NCBI RefSeq assembly: GCF_008000775.2
Contig: NZ_CP042905.2
Location: 1 to 32,000 of the forward strand
Reading direction: 5' to 3'
Source of the DNA: Promethearchaeum syntrophicum
GTDB taxonomy: Archaea > Asgardarchaeota > Lokiarchaeia > Sigyniarchaeales > Promethearchaeaceae
Length of the DNA: 32,000 nucleotides
A program made the position numbers and the translations under genes. The notes beneath the pieces were generated by a model. The model was not told the DNA's origin, did not search any database, and saw only the letters and a program-made list of their open reading frames with translations. Below are positions 8,486-16,852 of the stretch, one piece after another. Each line of letters begins with the position of its first letter. Within the stretch, counting starts at the first letter, position 1.

Positions 8486-9400
8486 TCAATTTGGTCCTTT
8501 GTACCAAAGAGGAATATAGGTTTTGAATCCATCATACCACTGGAAAATATTTTCTGCATTTTTTAGCATAAATTCGACTTCATTTTTGCCATAAGGAATC
8601 GCCCAATGAATAGATCCAACAGCATTTGTAACAACATACAACGTCATTAATCGAAAAAAGAGATCAGGGACATTATTGTTAAAATATCCATGAATTTGCC
8701 CTATTGTGAATGGGACACTCACCCTCCAAGAAAATATGCAACGATTAAATTCTTCCCACGGATCTCCATAATCCCCTCGATTAAAATCTACGACCCCTAA
8801 TCTGTCCTCTTTGGATATAATGAGATTACCCGTATGAAAATCTCCATGGTGTAAGACTTGTGGACGATTGGCCAAATAAGATTTATTTTCATGTATAAAT
8901 TGAATAAAATCAACATCATGGTCAAATTTTATCTTACATTTTGCATACATATTTAATTTATGTTGAATTTTATTCTTAAATCGCGGTTCCCATAGTGATT
9001 GATTGATAGGAGCAGGAATACTATGAATAGTTCTTAAAATTTTTCCAGCATTTACACCATGACGATATTGATTAGTAATACTTTGATTAGGTAATACATC
9101 TTCAGCATCTTCTCCTTCCATCCATGTGAATAATGAATATACGCGTGTCCCATTAGCACAAGTGCCAAAATCTAACGGATTCGATATATTAATTCCTAAT
9201 TTTGCAAGTGTTTTGATATTTTCATATTCTTGGAGTTTTAATTGATATTGAGAAATATCTGTAATACGCAGCAACATTTTTTCTCCGTTCTCATCTTCTA
9301 AGTAGTATTTCTTATCCGACGACCAACCCTTCATAATCGGTTGGATTTTTACCCAAGATGTATAATGAGGAATATCTTCAAGCTTATCAAATTGACTCAT
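8486..9400 (-). CDS. Aminoglycoside/choline-kinase-like phosphotransferase (APH family)
   Basis: The catalytic loop is HHGDFHTGNLII (HxDxxxxN) and the metal-binding segment is VVDFNRGDYGDPWEEF. The ATG at 9400 is preferred over the GTG at 9415 because GGTGG lies about 11 nt upstream of it. Confidence 0.8.
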   Translation of the reverse strand: MSQFDKLEDIPHYTSWVKIQPIMKGWSSDKKYYLEDENGEKMLLRITDISQYQLKLQEYENIKTLAKLGINISNPLDFGTCANGTRVYSLFTWMEGEDAEDVLPNQSITNQYRHGVNAGKILRTIHSIPAPINQSLWEPRFKNKIQHKLNMYAKCKIKFDHDVDFIQFIHENKSYLANRPQVLHHGDFHTGNLIISKEDRLGVVDFNRGDYGDPWEEFNRCIFSWRVSVPFTIGQIHGYFNNNVPDLFFRLMTLYVVTNAVGSIHWAIPYGKNEVEFMLKNAENIFQWYDGFKTYIPLWYKGPN

Positions 9401-9540
9401 GCAACAAGGACCCACCTAGAATAATCATGGAACAAAAATGAACTTTACGGTTTTGTATCTTTGTGATTAGGATAAATAGTTTTTTATAAAGTCAAGTTGA
9501 ATTTAATGATATAACAATAAACATAAAAACATGATAAAAA

Positions 9541-10206
9541 ATGATTCTTCAACTTCCAGACATTTACCCTTCAGATTACATGATGACAATCGACTACTAT
9601 ATTTGGTTAGCAGTAGTTGTTATTGGAATTATTTCAATAGTGATTTTCTTTGCAAAAATCTATAAGGTTGAATCTATTCAAAAACCCTATCTATATGGAA
9701 TCACCTTTTTCTTACTTCTCTTAACTTTACAAAGAGTTGCCTATATTATCGCAGTAAAACTGAATGTAGATTACAATTTCTGGACTAATTTAGGTTATAT
9801 TTGTTCTCTAGCCGGAATGACGTGTTTTTTCTTAGGAATTGAAAAATCGGTTATAAAAAAAACAAAATATTTGTTATCGCTAACAACTCTTCTTGGAGTA
9901 CTAATAGGATTGTTATCTTTATTTGAATTTTTAAACCGAGATATAGCGATGATGATAACTTATATTATATCAACATTGGCTACAGTAATTATTATAGCGC
10001 TTTTTGCCTGGATGGTTTCAAAGAGTACCGGTAGTATTAGAAGGAAAAGTATTATTACCTTTATTGGAGTGGTTGTGCTTTTTGCAGGGATTATGATGGA
10101 TAGTGAACTTGTTTATGGTACCCTTTGGCCGACGATACCGCTTTTAATACCTCCAATTTTAAATTCAATTGGTTTAATTACCATAACAATAACTAATATG
10201 CAATAA
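9541..10206 (+). CDS. Integral membrane protein with 7 predicted TM helices, function unknown
   Basis: 221 aa with seven hydrophobic stretches of about 20 aa each. No recognisable motif was found. Confidence 0.65.
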   Translation: MILQLPDIYPSDYMMTIDYYIWLAVVVIGIISIVIFFAKIYKVESIQKPYLYGITFFLLLLTLQRVAYIIAVKLNVDYNFWTNLGYICSLAGMTCFFLGIEKSVIKKTKYLLSLTTLLGVLIGLLSLFEFLNRDIAMMITYIISTLATVIIIALFAWMVSKSTGSIRRKSIITFIGVVVLFAGIMMDSELVYGTLWPTIPLLIPPILNSIGLITITITNMQ

Positions 10207-10272
10207 AAGTATTGAGAGACTTGAATAATTATCAAAAGTTTTATTATTAATCTCTTTTTTTCTCTTTTATTA

Positions 10273-11010
10273 ATGATTAAAGCAATATTTTTTGATTTTG
10301 GAGGGACATTGTTTGATTTTTATCCCTCGAATTACCAAATCTTAGGATCATTGGCTAGAAGATACGGTATAGATCTTCTTGACACAGATAACATACTATC
10401 GAAAGCTTTTCAAAAGCAGGAAGAATATCTAATGGAAATCTTCCAAGAACGCGAGAAAACCGAAATCTCTATCTTAACCAAACAAGATTGGAATAATTGT
10501 GATCAAATCCTATTAGATACGATTGGTGTGAAAAAAAAACAGGCACTTCCTGATCTTTTTGATAAATTTCAACAACGTATGTTCAAATTTCAAATTTATC
10601 CTGATACAATTCCAACTTTAAAGTACTTGAAAAAGAAAGGATTCTTTCTTGGTATAATATCAAATTTAAATAAAATGTCTCAGATTTCTCTGCGCTATAA
10701 ACGTTTAGAAGAATATAATATTCTAAATCTTTGGGATGTAATTACACTCTCAGGAGAGATTGGAATTTCTAAACCTCATCCTGAAATTTTCTTAAAATCT
10801 TTAGAGAAACTAAATGGAATTACCCCAAACCAATCAATATATGTTGGAGATTCATACATTTTTGATGTTCTAGGAGCCAGAAAAGCAGGAATGATTCCAG
10901 TTTTATTAGATTCAAATCTAGGAAAGGATTATGATTGCCTTAAAATTTCATCTTTTCAAGATTTGATTCCTTTGATTAGCAAATTAAATAATGAAGAGAT
11001 TTTATCATAA
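10273..11010 (+). CDS. HAD-superfamily hydrolase (subfamily IA-like)
   Basis: Motif I is IFFDFGGTL, with Gly rather than Asp at D+2 as in dehalogenase/REG-2-like members. Motif II is IISN. The motif III Lys is in SKPHPEIF. Motif IV is YVGDSYIFDVLGARKAGM. Confidence 0.85.
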   Translation: MIKAIFFDFGGTLFDFYPSNYQILGSLARRYGIDLLDTDNILSKAFQKQEEYLMEIFQEREKTEISILTKQDWNNCDQILLDTIGVKKKQALPDLFDKFQQRMFKFQIYPDTIPTLKYLKKKGFFLGIISNLNKMSQISLRYKRLEEYNILNLWDVITLSGEIGISKPHPEIFLKSLEKLNGITPNQSIYVGDSYIFDVLGARKAGMIPVLLDSNLGKDYDCLKISSFQDLIPLISKLNNEEILS

Positions 11011-11050
11011 AAATTATTTTATATCATAAATTATATTGACCTGATTTAAA

Positions 11051-11473
11051 ATGCGTTTTTTATCATTTCATGTTAATAGTTTTAACTACAAAATAACTAA
11101 AAAAGGTCGTTCTAAAATTTTAGAGGAAATTACTGAAGAAAACAAAGAAAATCAGGTAGAAAATGCAATTGTTCTATTTATAGCAGCAGAAAAAGAAGAT
11201 GAATCAAGTGATGGCATTTTTGAAAATGTGATTACAGAAATTTTACAGATCGTGAACCAATTAAAAGTTAAAAACATAGTATTAATCCCATTTGCTCACT
11301 TATTTGGTCAATTAAGCTCATTGGATTTTGCATTTGAATCTCTAAAAAATATTGAAACATTATTAAAAGAAAGAGATTTTTCCGTTATTAGAATGCCTTT
11401 TGGATGGTTTTCCGAATTTGATATGAAAGCTAAAGGGCATCCTCTCTCAAGAATTTCGAGAATTATTAATTAA
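11051..11473 (+). CDS. Free-standing archaeal ThrRS-type editing domain (DTD-like fold; putative trans-editing deacylase)
   Basis: The 140-aa ORF is colinear with my recollection of the N-terminal editing domain of Pyrococcus ThrRS. Matching blocks are MRFLSFH..F.Y, VLFIAAEKEDE, IPFAHLFGQLSS and MPFGWFSEFDMKAKGHPLSRISRII. No synthetase core follows. Confidence 0.75.
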   Translation: MRFLSFHVNSFNYKITKKGRSKILEEITEENKENQVENAIVLFIAAEKEDESSDGIFENVITEILQIVNQLKVKNIVLIPFAHLFGQLSSLDFAFESLKNIETLLKERDFSVIRMPFGWFSEFDMKAKGHPLSRISRIIN

Positions 11474-11498
11474 AAGGCATTGAAAAATGTGAATTCTT

Positions 11499-12800
11499 AT
11501 GAAGCTTCCAAAAATATCAGAAATTATTCAAGATATATCTTATCCAATGAAAAAAATTTCAATTTCAGATAAACTTTATATTTTTGGAAGAAATCCAGAA
11601 TTATCTCTGGCAGAAATTGTTGCACGTTACAATGTGAATCAATCATCTCCAATAATTAAAGATTTAACAGCGAGTGGAATAATAATTGAAAGCGAGAAGC
11701 ATATTTCAATTAGCAATTGCGGAGCAGTTCTTAAGAAATGTAAAATTATTGGAGTTTTCTTAAAAAATATCCCAATCTCAGAAATAGCACTAGTATTAGA
11801 AACACACATTAGTGGAGAATATATCATTGATAAATCAAATTGGGGTATAAGTTCATACAATGATGATTCTGTTCATCACGCTACTTTGAATTCTCAAACA
11901 TTACATCAACTAGCAAAAAAAGGCTTCAAAAGTATAGGAATAAAAAAAGCATATTATATTCCCCCTATGGAGGGAAACAGTTTAACTCCTCAGAAATTGC
12001 TACGGAAAAAAATTATTGATGAAGGAATTGAATTTATTCTTTGGTATCGGAAAAAAGATGTTATATTATGCCAGACTGAAGAAATTATTGATATTGATTC
12101 TTTTGCTAAACGTGATAAAGAACGCCCTCATAAGAGATTACTCTTACTTTTAGGGCTTGCTCTTGCTCGATCTATGGTGAATTTAGTTTCGGTGGAAAAA
12201 AATAAGCATAATCTTCCGATATATGATCCTTTCTGTGGAATGGGATCCATTATCCAAGAGGCTTATCTCTTAGGTTTACAATCTATGGGTTCGGATATTG
12301 ACAAGAGCTGTGTTATTCGCAGTCAGGAAAATCTAAACTGGATTAGTCAAACGCGAGGTAAGCAATTTCGGAAGAAATATGGCATTTTTCCTAGCAAAAA
12401 TATTTTTGAAATGGACCTAATCGCCCCCGATATCCCCCTTTTACAAAATTTTAATGGATCTATTGTTGCTGAACCTAATTTGTTGACTCCATTAAAAACA
12501 TATCCGTCAATTTTTGAAGCAAAAAAAATGATAAATCAATTTGAAGAAAATTACAATCGCTATTTGAAAGGAATTAGCCAAATTCTTCCAACAGGAGGAA
12601 TTTGCGTTTTAATCTTCCCACAAATTCATACGGCAGAAAATATTAGACTATCTTTAGAAATAGAACGACTATTAAAAAAATATAAATTTAAGATCTGTGA
12701 AATTAAAGCCAACAACGCCAAATTTCCTTCATTTTTCATTCATGCTTGGAAAAGTCCGATAATAGAAAGACAAATTCTTGTTTTTAAGAAGGTAAAATAA
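11499..12800 (+). CDS. Trm11/COG1041-like SAM-dependent RNA (tRNA guanine-N2?) methyltransferase with an atypical motif IV
   Basis: The N-terminus (LYIFGRNPELSLAEI) and the RP.KR....L...LARSMVNL block are typical of the Trm11-like family. Motif I is YDPFCGMGSIIQEA and motif II is GSDID. Motif IV reads IVAEPNLL instead of [DNS]PP[YF]. Confidence 0.65.
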   Translation: MKLPKISEIIQDISYPMKKISISDKLYIFGRNPELSLAEIVARYNVNQSSPIIKDLTASGIIIESEKHISISNCGAVLKKCKIIGVFLKNIPISEIALVLETHISGEYIIDKSNWGISSYNDDSVHHATLNSQTLHQLAKKGFKSIGIKKAYYIPPMEGNSLTPQKLLRKKIIDEGIEFILWYRKKDVILCQTEEIIDIDSFAKRDKERPHKRLLLLLGLALARSMVNLVSVEKNKHNLPIYDPFCGMGSIIQEAYLLGLQSMGSDIDKSCVIRSQENLNWISQTRGKQFRKKYGIFPSKNIFEMDLIAPDIPLLQNFNGSIVAEPNLLTPLKTYPSIFEAKKMINQFEENYNRYLKGISQILPTGGICVLIFPQIHTAENIRLSLEIERLLKKYKFKICEIKANNAKFPSFFIHAWKSPIIERQILVFKKVK

Positions 12801-12802
12801 AA

Positions 12803-12876
12803 CGGGCCATGAGGGAGTTGAACCCCCGACCAACGGATTAAGAGTCCGCCGCTCTACCTGGCTGAGCCAATGGCCC
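12803..12876 (-). tRNA. tRNA-Lys (anticodon CUU), intronless
   Basis: The reverse complement folds as GGGCCAT-TG-GCTC-AGCCAGGTA-GAGC-G-GCGGA-CTCTTAA-TCCGT-TGGTC-GGGGG-TTCAACT-CCCTC-ATGGCCC-G. This is a 74-nt canonical cloverleaf. Confidence 0.92.
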
Positions 12877-12908
12877 CAAAAGTAACAAATAAAAAAAGAT
12901 AATAAAAA

Positions 12909-13628
12909 TTATCGGGTTTTACGCCCCGATTGACGGGCTGCAATCATTCCTACTTTACGACCCGGAGGTGCATTTCGGTTGGTTGTAGTTGATTTTCCTG
13001 CACGTTTTTTACGTCCACCGCCAAATGGATGGGAGTTCGCATTCATCCCAGATTTAGTTATTACGGGCCATATCGTGGCTTTTGTTCGCACTTGGAACAT
13101 CTTCGCACTAGCTTTCAAATAAGGTTTAGTAGTGCGTCCACCTCCGGCAACAACGCCAATTGTTGCACGAGACATCTGGTTAAAGGTTTTTCGTTTCCCA
13201 GAAGGGAATAAAACCTGTACGCCTCTTTCAGTACGAGTCATTATAGTAGCAGTACTGCCACTTGCTCGTATCATTTTACCACCATCCCCTGGTTGGATTT
13301 CAATGTTATACACTAAAGTTCCTTCAGGGATGTTCTTCAACGTCATGGTATTTCCTATAGCAATCTCAGTTTTATTACCGATTTGGAATGTATCTCCAAT
13401 AAAGATACCTTCAGGAGGTAACCATAGGGATTTCTTTCCATTATCGTATTCCATTAATGCGATTGGCACGCCGCGACCACCTTCGTGAATAAATTTAACT
13501 ACTTTCCCAGTAACTATTTTATCTCCAGTTAAGGGAATGTGTTTAACCTCTCCACGCTTTTTATGTTTTGGGCTACGGAAATTTTGAGTTCCTTTACCAG
13601 CACGTTGTTGAAGTATTCTACGACCCAT
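12909..13628 (-). CDS. rpl2: 50S ribosomal protein uL2
   Basis: 239 aa. Conserved uL2 blocks are MGRRILQQRAGKG, GRGVP, IEIQPGDGGK.IRASG and NANSHPFGGG. Confidence 0.95.
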   Translation of the reverse strand: MGRRILQQRAGKGTQNFRSPKHKKRGEVKHIPLTGDKIVTGKVVKFIHEGGRGVPIALMEYDNGKKSLWLPPEGIFIGDTFQIGNKTEIAIGNTMTLKNIPEGTLVYNIEIQPGDGGKMIRASGSTATIMTRTERGVQVLFPSGKRKTFNQMSRATIGVVAGGGRTTKPYLKASAKMFQVRTKATIWPVITKSGMNANSHPFGGGRKKRAGKSTTTNRNAPPGRKVGMIAARQSGRKTR

Positions 13629-13721
13629 GTTTCATCACAAATTTTTTAGGGATTCTTAAAAGAACAAGGAAAAAAAGCCTACATAATATAAATTTTTTTG
13701 GGTAACATTGACTTCCTAACT

Positions 13722-14951
13722 TTACCAAACTTTGAACTTGCCTTCAAGCAATTCTTGTCGGAGAGTTAGATAATCATCGAGCTCTGCTTGTAAGATTTCT
13801 TTTGCTTTACCAGAAATAACATCATAATTAGTATTGTCTGCAGTAAGAAGTTCAATATCTGCTAACCAAGGTTTATTAATAGGAGCCCCAATTTGGGATA
13901 CTATTCTGATTTGGCATTCAACTACATCTCCTTGTAGTTCGTTTACGATACGATTAGCAGCTCTATTTGACATGAGGGAATAAAGTTTTCCAACATGATT
14001 ATTACTATTTTTACCAGCAGCGGCTTCTAATGTTTGTACACGCCCAGGAGTTATAAGTCCGTTTGCTCGATTACCCCTTCCTACTTGTCCATCATCACCC
14101 GCTTCAGCAGATGTGCCAGTAATAGTTAAGTACAATAAATCTTTTTCCGGTATGTCACCAGTGTTTACATTTATTTTTACATTATGATCTTCTTTGAATT
14201 TATCCGCTATTTTGAGGGCACCTTCTTTAACTTGATCAAGGGCATTGATATATTCAGATTTATCTTTTAAAAATTTTGAGACCATTGCATTTGCAATTGT
14301 AATTTCAATATCTTTTCCATTTCTTATTCCCATAACTTTAATATCTTCACCGGAAGCAGGACAAATATCTTTAAATTTATCTGAGTTTAAGTATTTTTCA
14401 ATACTATAAACAGAATTATCTGTAACTGAAAATGGAGCAAATCCAACACCGAAACTGGTATCATTTGCTAATGGAACCTTGTCTCCTCCATTCATTTCTT
14501 GATTATATAACCCAGTTAAATCAACAGATCCACTTTTTGTTCTGGCATCTATTATAACATGCTTATCAACATCTAGATTTCTAAATGTGTATCTAAATAC
14601 ATCGTAAATAGCCTCACGACAGATTGTTCTTACTGGAATAGGGATTAATTTTCCCGCAACTACAGCAGTATCTATAGCACGACCAATAATTTCAAATTCT
14701 TGTGGTTGAAGAATAATTCCTCCTCCAAATTTGGGAATGGCTTGACCCGCAACGTAAGCGGCTTTATCGACATTATGGTGAAAATATCGACCGTTAAAAT
14801 TCTTCAAATAATAGGATGTTAAGGCTCGGCTGCAAGCTTCTGCGCATTCATCTGCAACACTATCGGGGTGCCCTTTCCCTTTTCTCTCAACCATTTCGGG
14901 AAAATCGGATTTTCCGACTGGTTTTCTTTCTGATTTCGTAGCATGTATCAT
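13722..14951 (-). CDS. mat: Archaeal-type S-adenosylmethionine synthetase (MAT)
   Basis: 409 aa. ERKGKGHPDSVADECAE and the overall length match the archaeal MAT family, which is distinct from bacterial MetK. Confidence 0.9.
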   Translation of the reverse strand: MIHATKSERKPVGKSDFPEMVERKGKGHPDSVADECAEACSRALTSYYLKNFNGRYFHHNVDKAAYVAGQAIPKFGGGIILQPQEFEIIGRAIDTAVVAGKLIPIPVRTICREAIYDVFRYTFRNLDVDKHVIIDARTKSGSVDLTGLYNQEMNGGDKVPLANDTSFGVGFAPFSVTDNSVYSIEKYLNSDKFKDICPASGEDIKVMGIRNGKDIEITIANAMVSKFLKDKSEYINALDQVKEGALKIADKFKEDHNVKINVNTGDIPEKDLLYLTITGTSAEAGDDGQVGRGNRANGLITPGRVQTLEAAAGKNSNNHVGKLYSLMSNRAANRIVNELQGDVVECQIRIVSQIGAPINKPWLADIELLTADNTNYDVISGKAKEILQAELDDYLTLRQELLEGKFKVW

Positions 14952-15155
14952 TTTTTATCAACAGAAATGCAATTTTTACTAAGAAGAATTAATTTTTCAT
15001 GGAATTTGAATTCTTTTTTTTAATTTTTTAGCTTTAGATATTAAAGTTAAAATTTTGCTTGGGTATGATTTAAAAAACTTTCAGAGTAAGGTGCTTTAAA
15101 TAGGAAAATATTGGTTATTCATATGTTAATATAAATATTAAAAGTGTTTAAAATC

Positions 15156-15413
15156 ATGGCAGAATCTATTCTTGAGTGGATGAAAAAAAATGAGAAACGC
15201 TTTAATTCTCAACCGATTTCGTTAAGAAATAGGAAAATGAAACATATTTCTAAGCTTAAAGTTGAAGAATCTAACCCTCAAAGAACAATGGATTCCTATT
15301 TTTCTCCACAATCCCAAAAATCACTATTTGATGAAAGTTTTAGTAAAGAAGATTTTATGCTTTTAACGAAACGCTGGAAAGAACAAAATTTAGAAAATAT
15401 TGCTGCAAATTAA
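15156..15413 (+). CDS. Small polar, probably disordered protein with a central canonical PIP box
   Basis: The ORF is open from the GTG at 15144. The ATG at 15156 lies about 20-25 nt downstream of the TATA-like TTAATATAAATATT, which suggests a leaderless mRNA. QRTMDSYF (nt 15279-15302) matches Q-x-x-[ILM]-x-x-[FY]-[FY]. This is the only long ORF in an otherwise empty 460-nt gap. Confidence 0.55.
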   Translation: MAESILEWMKKNEKRFNSQPISLRNRKMKHISKLKVEESNPQRTMDSYFSPQSQKSLFDESFSKEDFMLLTKRWKEQNLENIAAN

Positions 15414-15415
15414 TA

Positions 15416-15865
15416 TTAGATATCATATACAATTTTAATCTCAGTTCTATTTTTTTCTTCATTAATTTCTAAATAGGAATATGTAATCGCTTTTACTTCA
15501 ATATCAGGAATATGTTTTAATTGATCAAATACTTCTCCCTGACATTTTGCATGTAATTCTATTTTTCCAGCTGAATTTGTAATTATCGGGTCAATTTTAA
15601 CATGATTAAAAATTAAATAATCGGTATCAAAAATATAAAGAAATTCGGATAAAAAGGCAACAAGAAGCGATCCTTTAGTTTCTTCTTCTATAACAATATC
15701 CCGAGTAATTTTACTTTCAATAATACTTCCTTCAAACATCGTTTCCATTAAACTATAAACGCAATTTTCAATCGCTTCTTCGAATGTTTTTCCCCAAGCA
15801 TGAACCCAAACATCAGCAGGATGATTTAAAAATTCATAACCGGAAAAGAGATTGTTTTTCTCCAT
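15416..15865 (-). CDS. Archease (activator of the RtcB-type tRNA ligase)
   Basis: 149 aa. HPADVWVHAWGKTFEEAIENCVYSLMETM and the C-terminal VKAITYS block are typical of the archease family. Confidence 0.85.
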   Translation of the reverse strand: MEKNNLFSGYEFLNHPADVWVHAWGKTFEEAIENCVYSLMETMFEGSIIESKITRDIVIEEETKGSLLVAFLSEFLYIFDTDYLIFNHVKIDPIITNSAGKIELHAKCQGEVFDQLKHIPDIEVKAITYSYLEINEEKNRTEIKIVYDI

Positions 15866-15943
15866 TACTATCTCTAAGGTCTTAAAAAGTGAAAAATTTT
15901 TTCAAAACTCTTACATTTGATAGGTTACAACTAGGTGCATATC

Positions 15944-16738
15944 ATGAAAAATAGAAAAGCCTATATCCTTAATCCCTCCCAATCGCGTCGATTAATTGCA
16001 AAGGGAATCTGCCATTTACCACAAGTAAGAGAAGCTTTAGAATCTAAGAAAATTTTTATCGGTGGGGGATCCACTAACGCATATGTTGTAGAGGAATTAT
16101 ATAAAATAAAAAATATCGAAGAAGAATTTAATAAAGGGGATTATACAGCCGGGCAGATCATTCCTGGGGAAAATTTTATGAAATGGGGAATAAATAAAGG
16201 AAATCGTAAAAAAGAAATACTTTTACGGAAAGGTGTTCCTAAAGAATATGAAGACAGAGTAAAACAGTTCAAACGATTTCATAATGGGGATATTTATATC
16301 AAAGGAGCAAATGCACTAGATATAAACGGAATTCCTGGAGTTCTTGTGGGTGGAGAAAGCGGAGGAAGTATTGGAACCTTACAAGGGATTCTTCAGGCAA
16401 AAGGTATTGAAATAATTTGTCCAATCGGGCTTGAAAAATTGATTTTCGGAAATATTTATAGTTTAATGGAAGTTATGGGAACAGAAAATATGGATCCACC
16501 AGCAGAAGGCATTTCTTGTGGTTTAATTCCTATGCCAGGCGCAACCGTTATTACAGAAGTTGAAGCATTGGAGATACTCTTTGATTGCGAAGCATATCAT
16601 GTTGCATCAGGAGGAATTGGCGGTGCAGAAGGTAGCGTCTCCATTTTGGTTGATGCATATGATGATGATGAAATGAAAGAAATTAATGAATTTATGCAAA
16701 AAATAAGTTTAGAACCTGTTTATCAAGCAAATTTATAA
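15944..16738 (+). CDS. Hypothetical protein, possibly of the LUD/NagB-RpiA-CoA-transferase-like fold
   Basis: About 264 aa. AGGTG lies 8 nt upstream of the ATG at 15944. IFIGGGSTNAYVVEEL and IKGANALDINGIPGVLVGGESGG weakly recall LUD (DUF162)-type domains. The assignment is tentative. Confidence 0.35.
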   Translation: MKNRKAYILNPSQSRRLIAKGICHLPQVREALESKKIFIGGGSTNAYVVEELYKIKNIEEEFNKGDYTAGQIIPGENFMKWGINKGNRKKEILLRKGVPKEYEDRVKQFKRFHNGDIYIKGANALDINGIPGVLVGGESGGSIGTLQGILQAKGIEIICPIGLEKLIFGNIYSLMEVMGTENMDPPAEGISCGLIPMPGATVITEVEALEILFDCEAYHVASGGIGGAEGSVSILVDAYDDDEMKEINEFMQKISLEPVYQANL

Positions 16739-16852
16739 AAATTTTTTCTTTTCTTTTAGATAAGAATTATTTAAACAAACCTCGATTTGTGTGAAACGGA
16801 ACTAATTGATAATGAAAACATAATATAAAAAAAAATATTAAAAATGATTGAA

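Noticed and set aside
9541-10206. Considered whether the 7-TM protein is a microbial rhodopsin.
   Set aside because: There is no lysine in the seventh helix for a retinal Schiff base, and at 221 aa with minimal loops it shows none of the rhodopsin helix-3 or helix-7 motifs.
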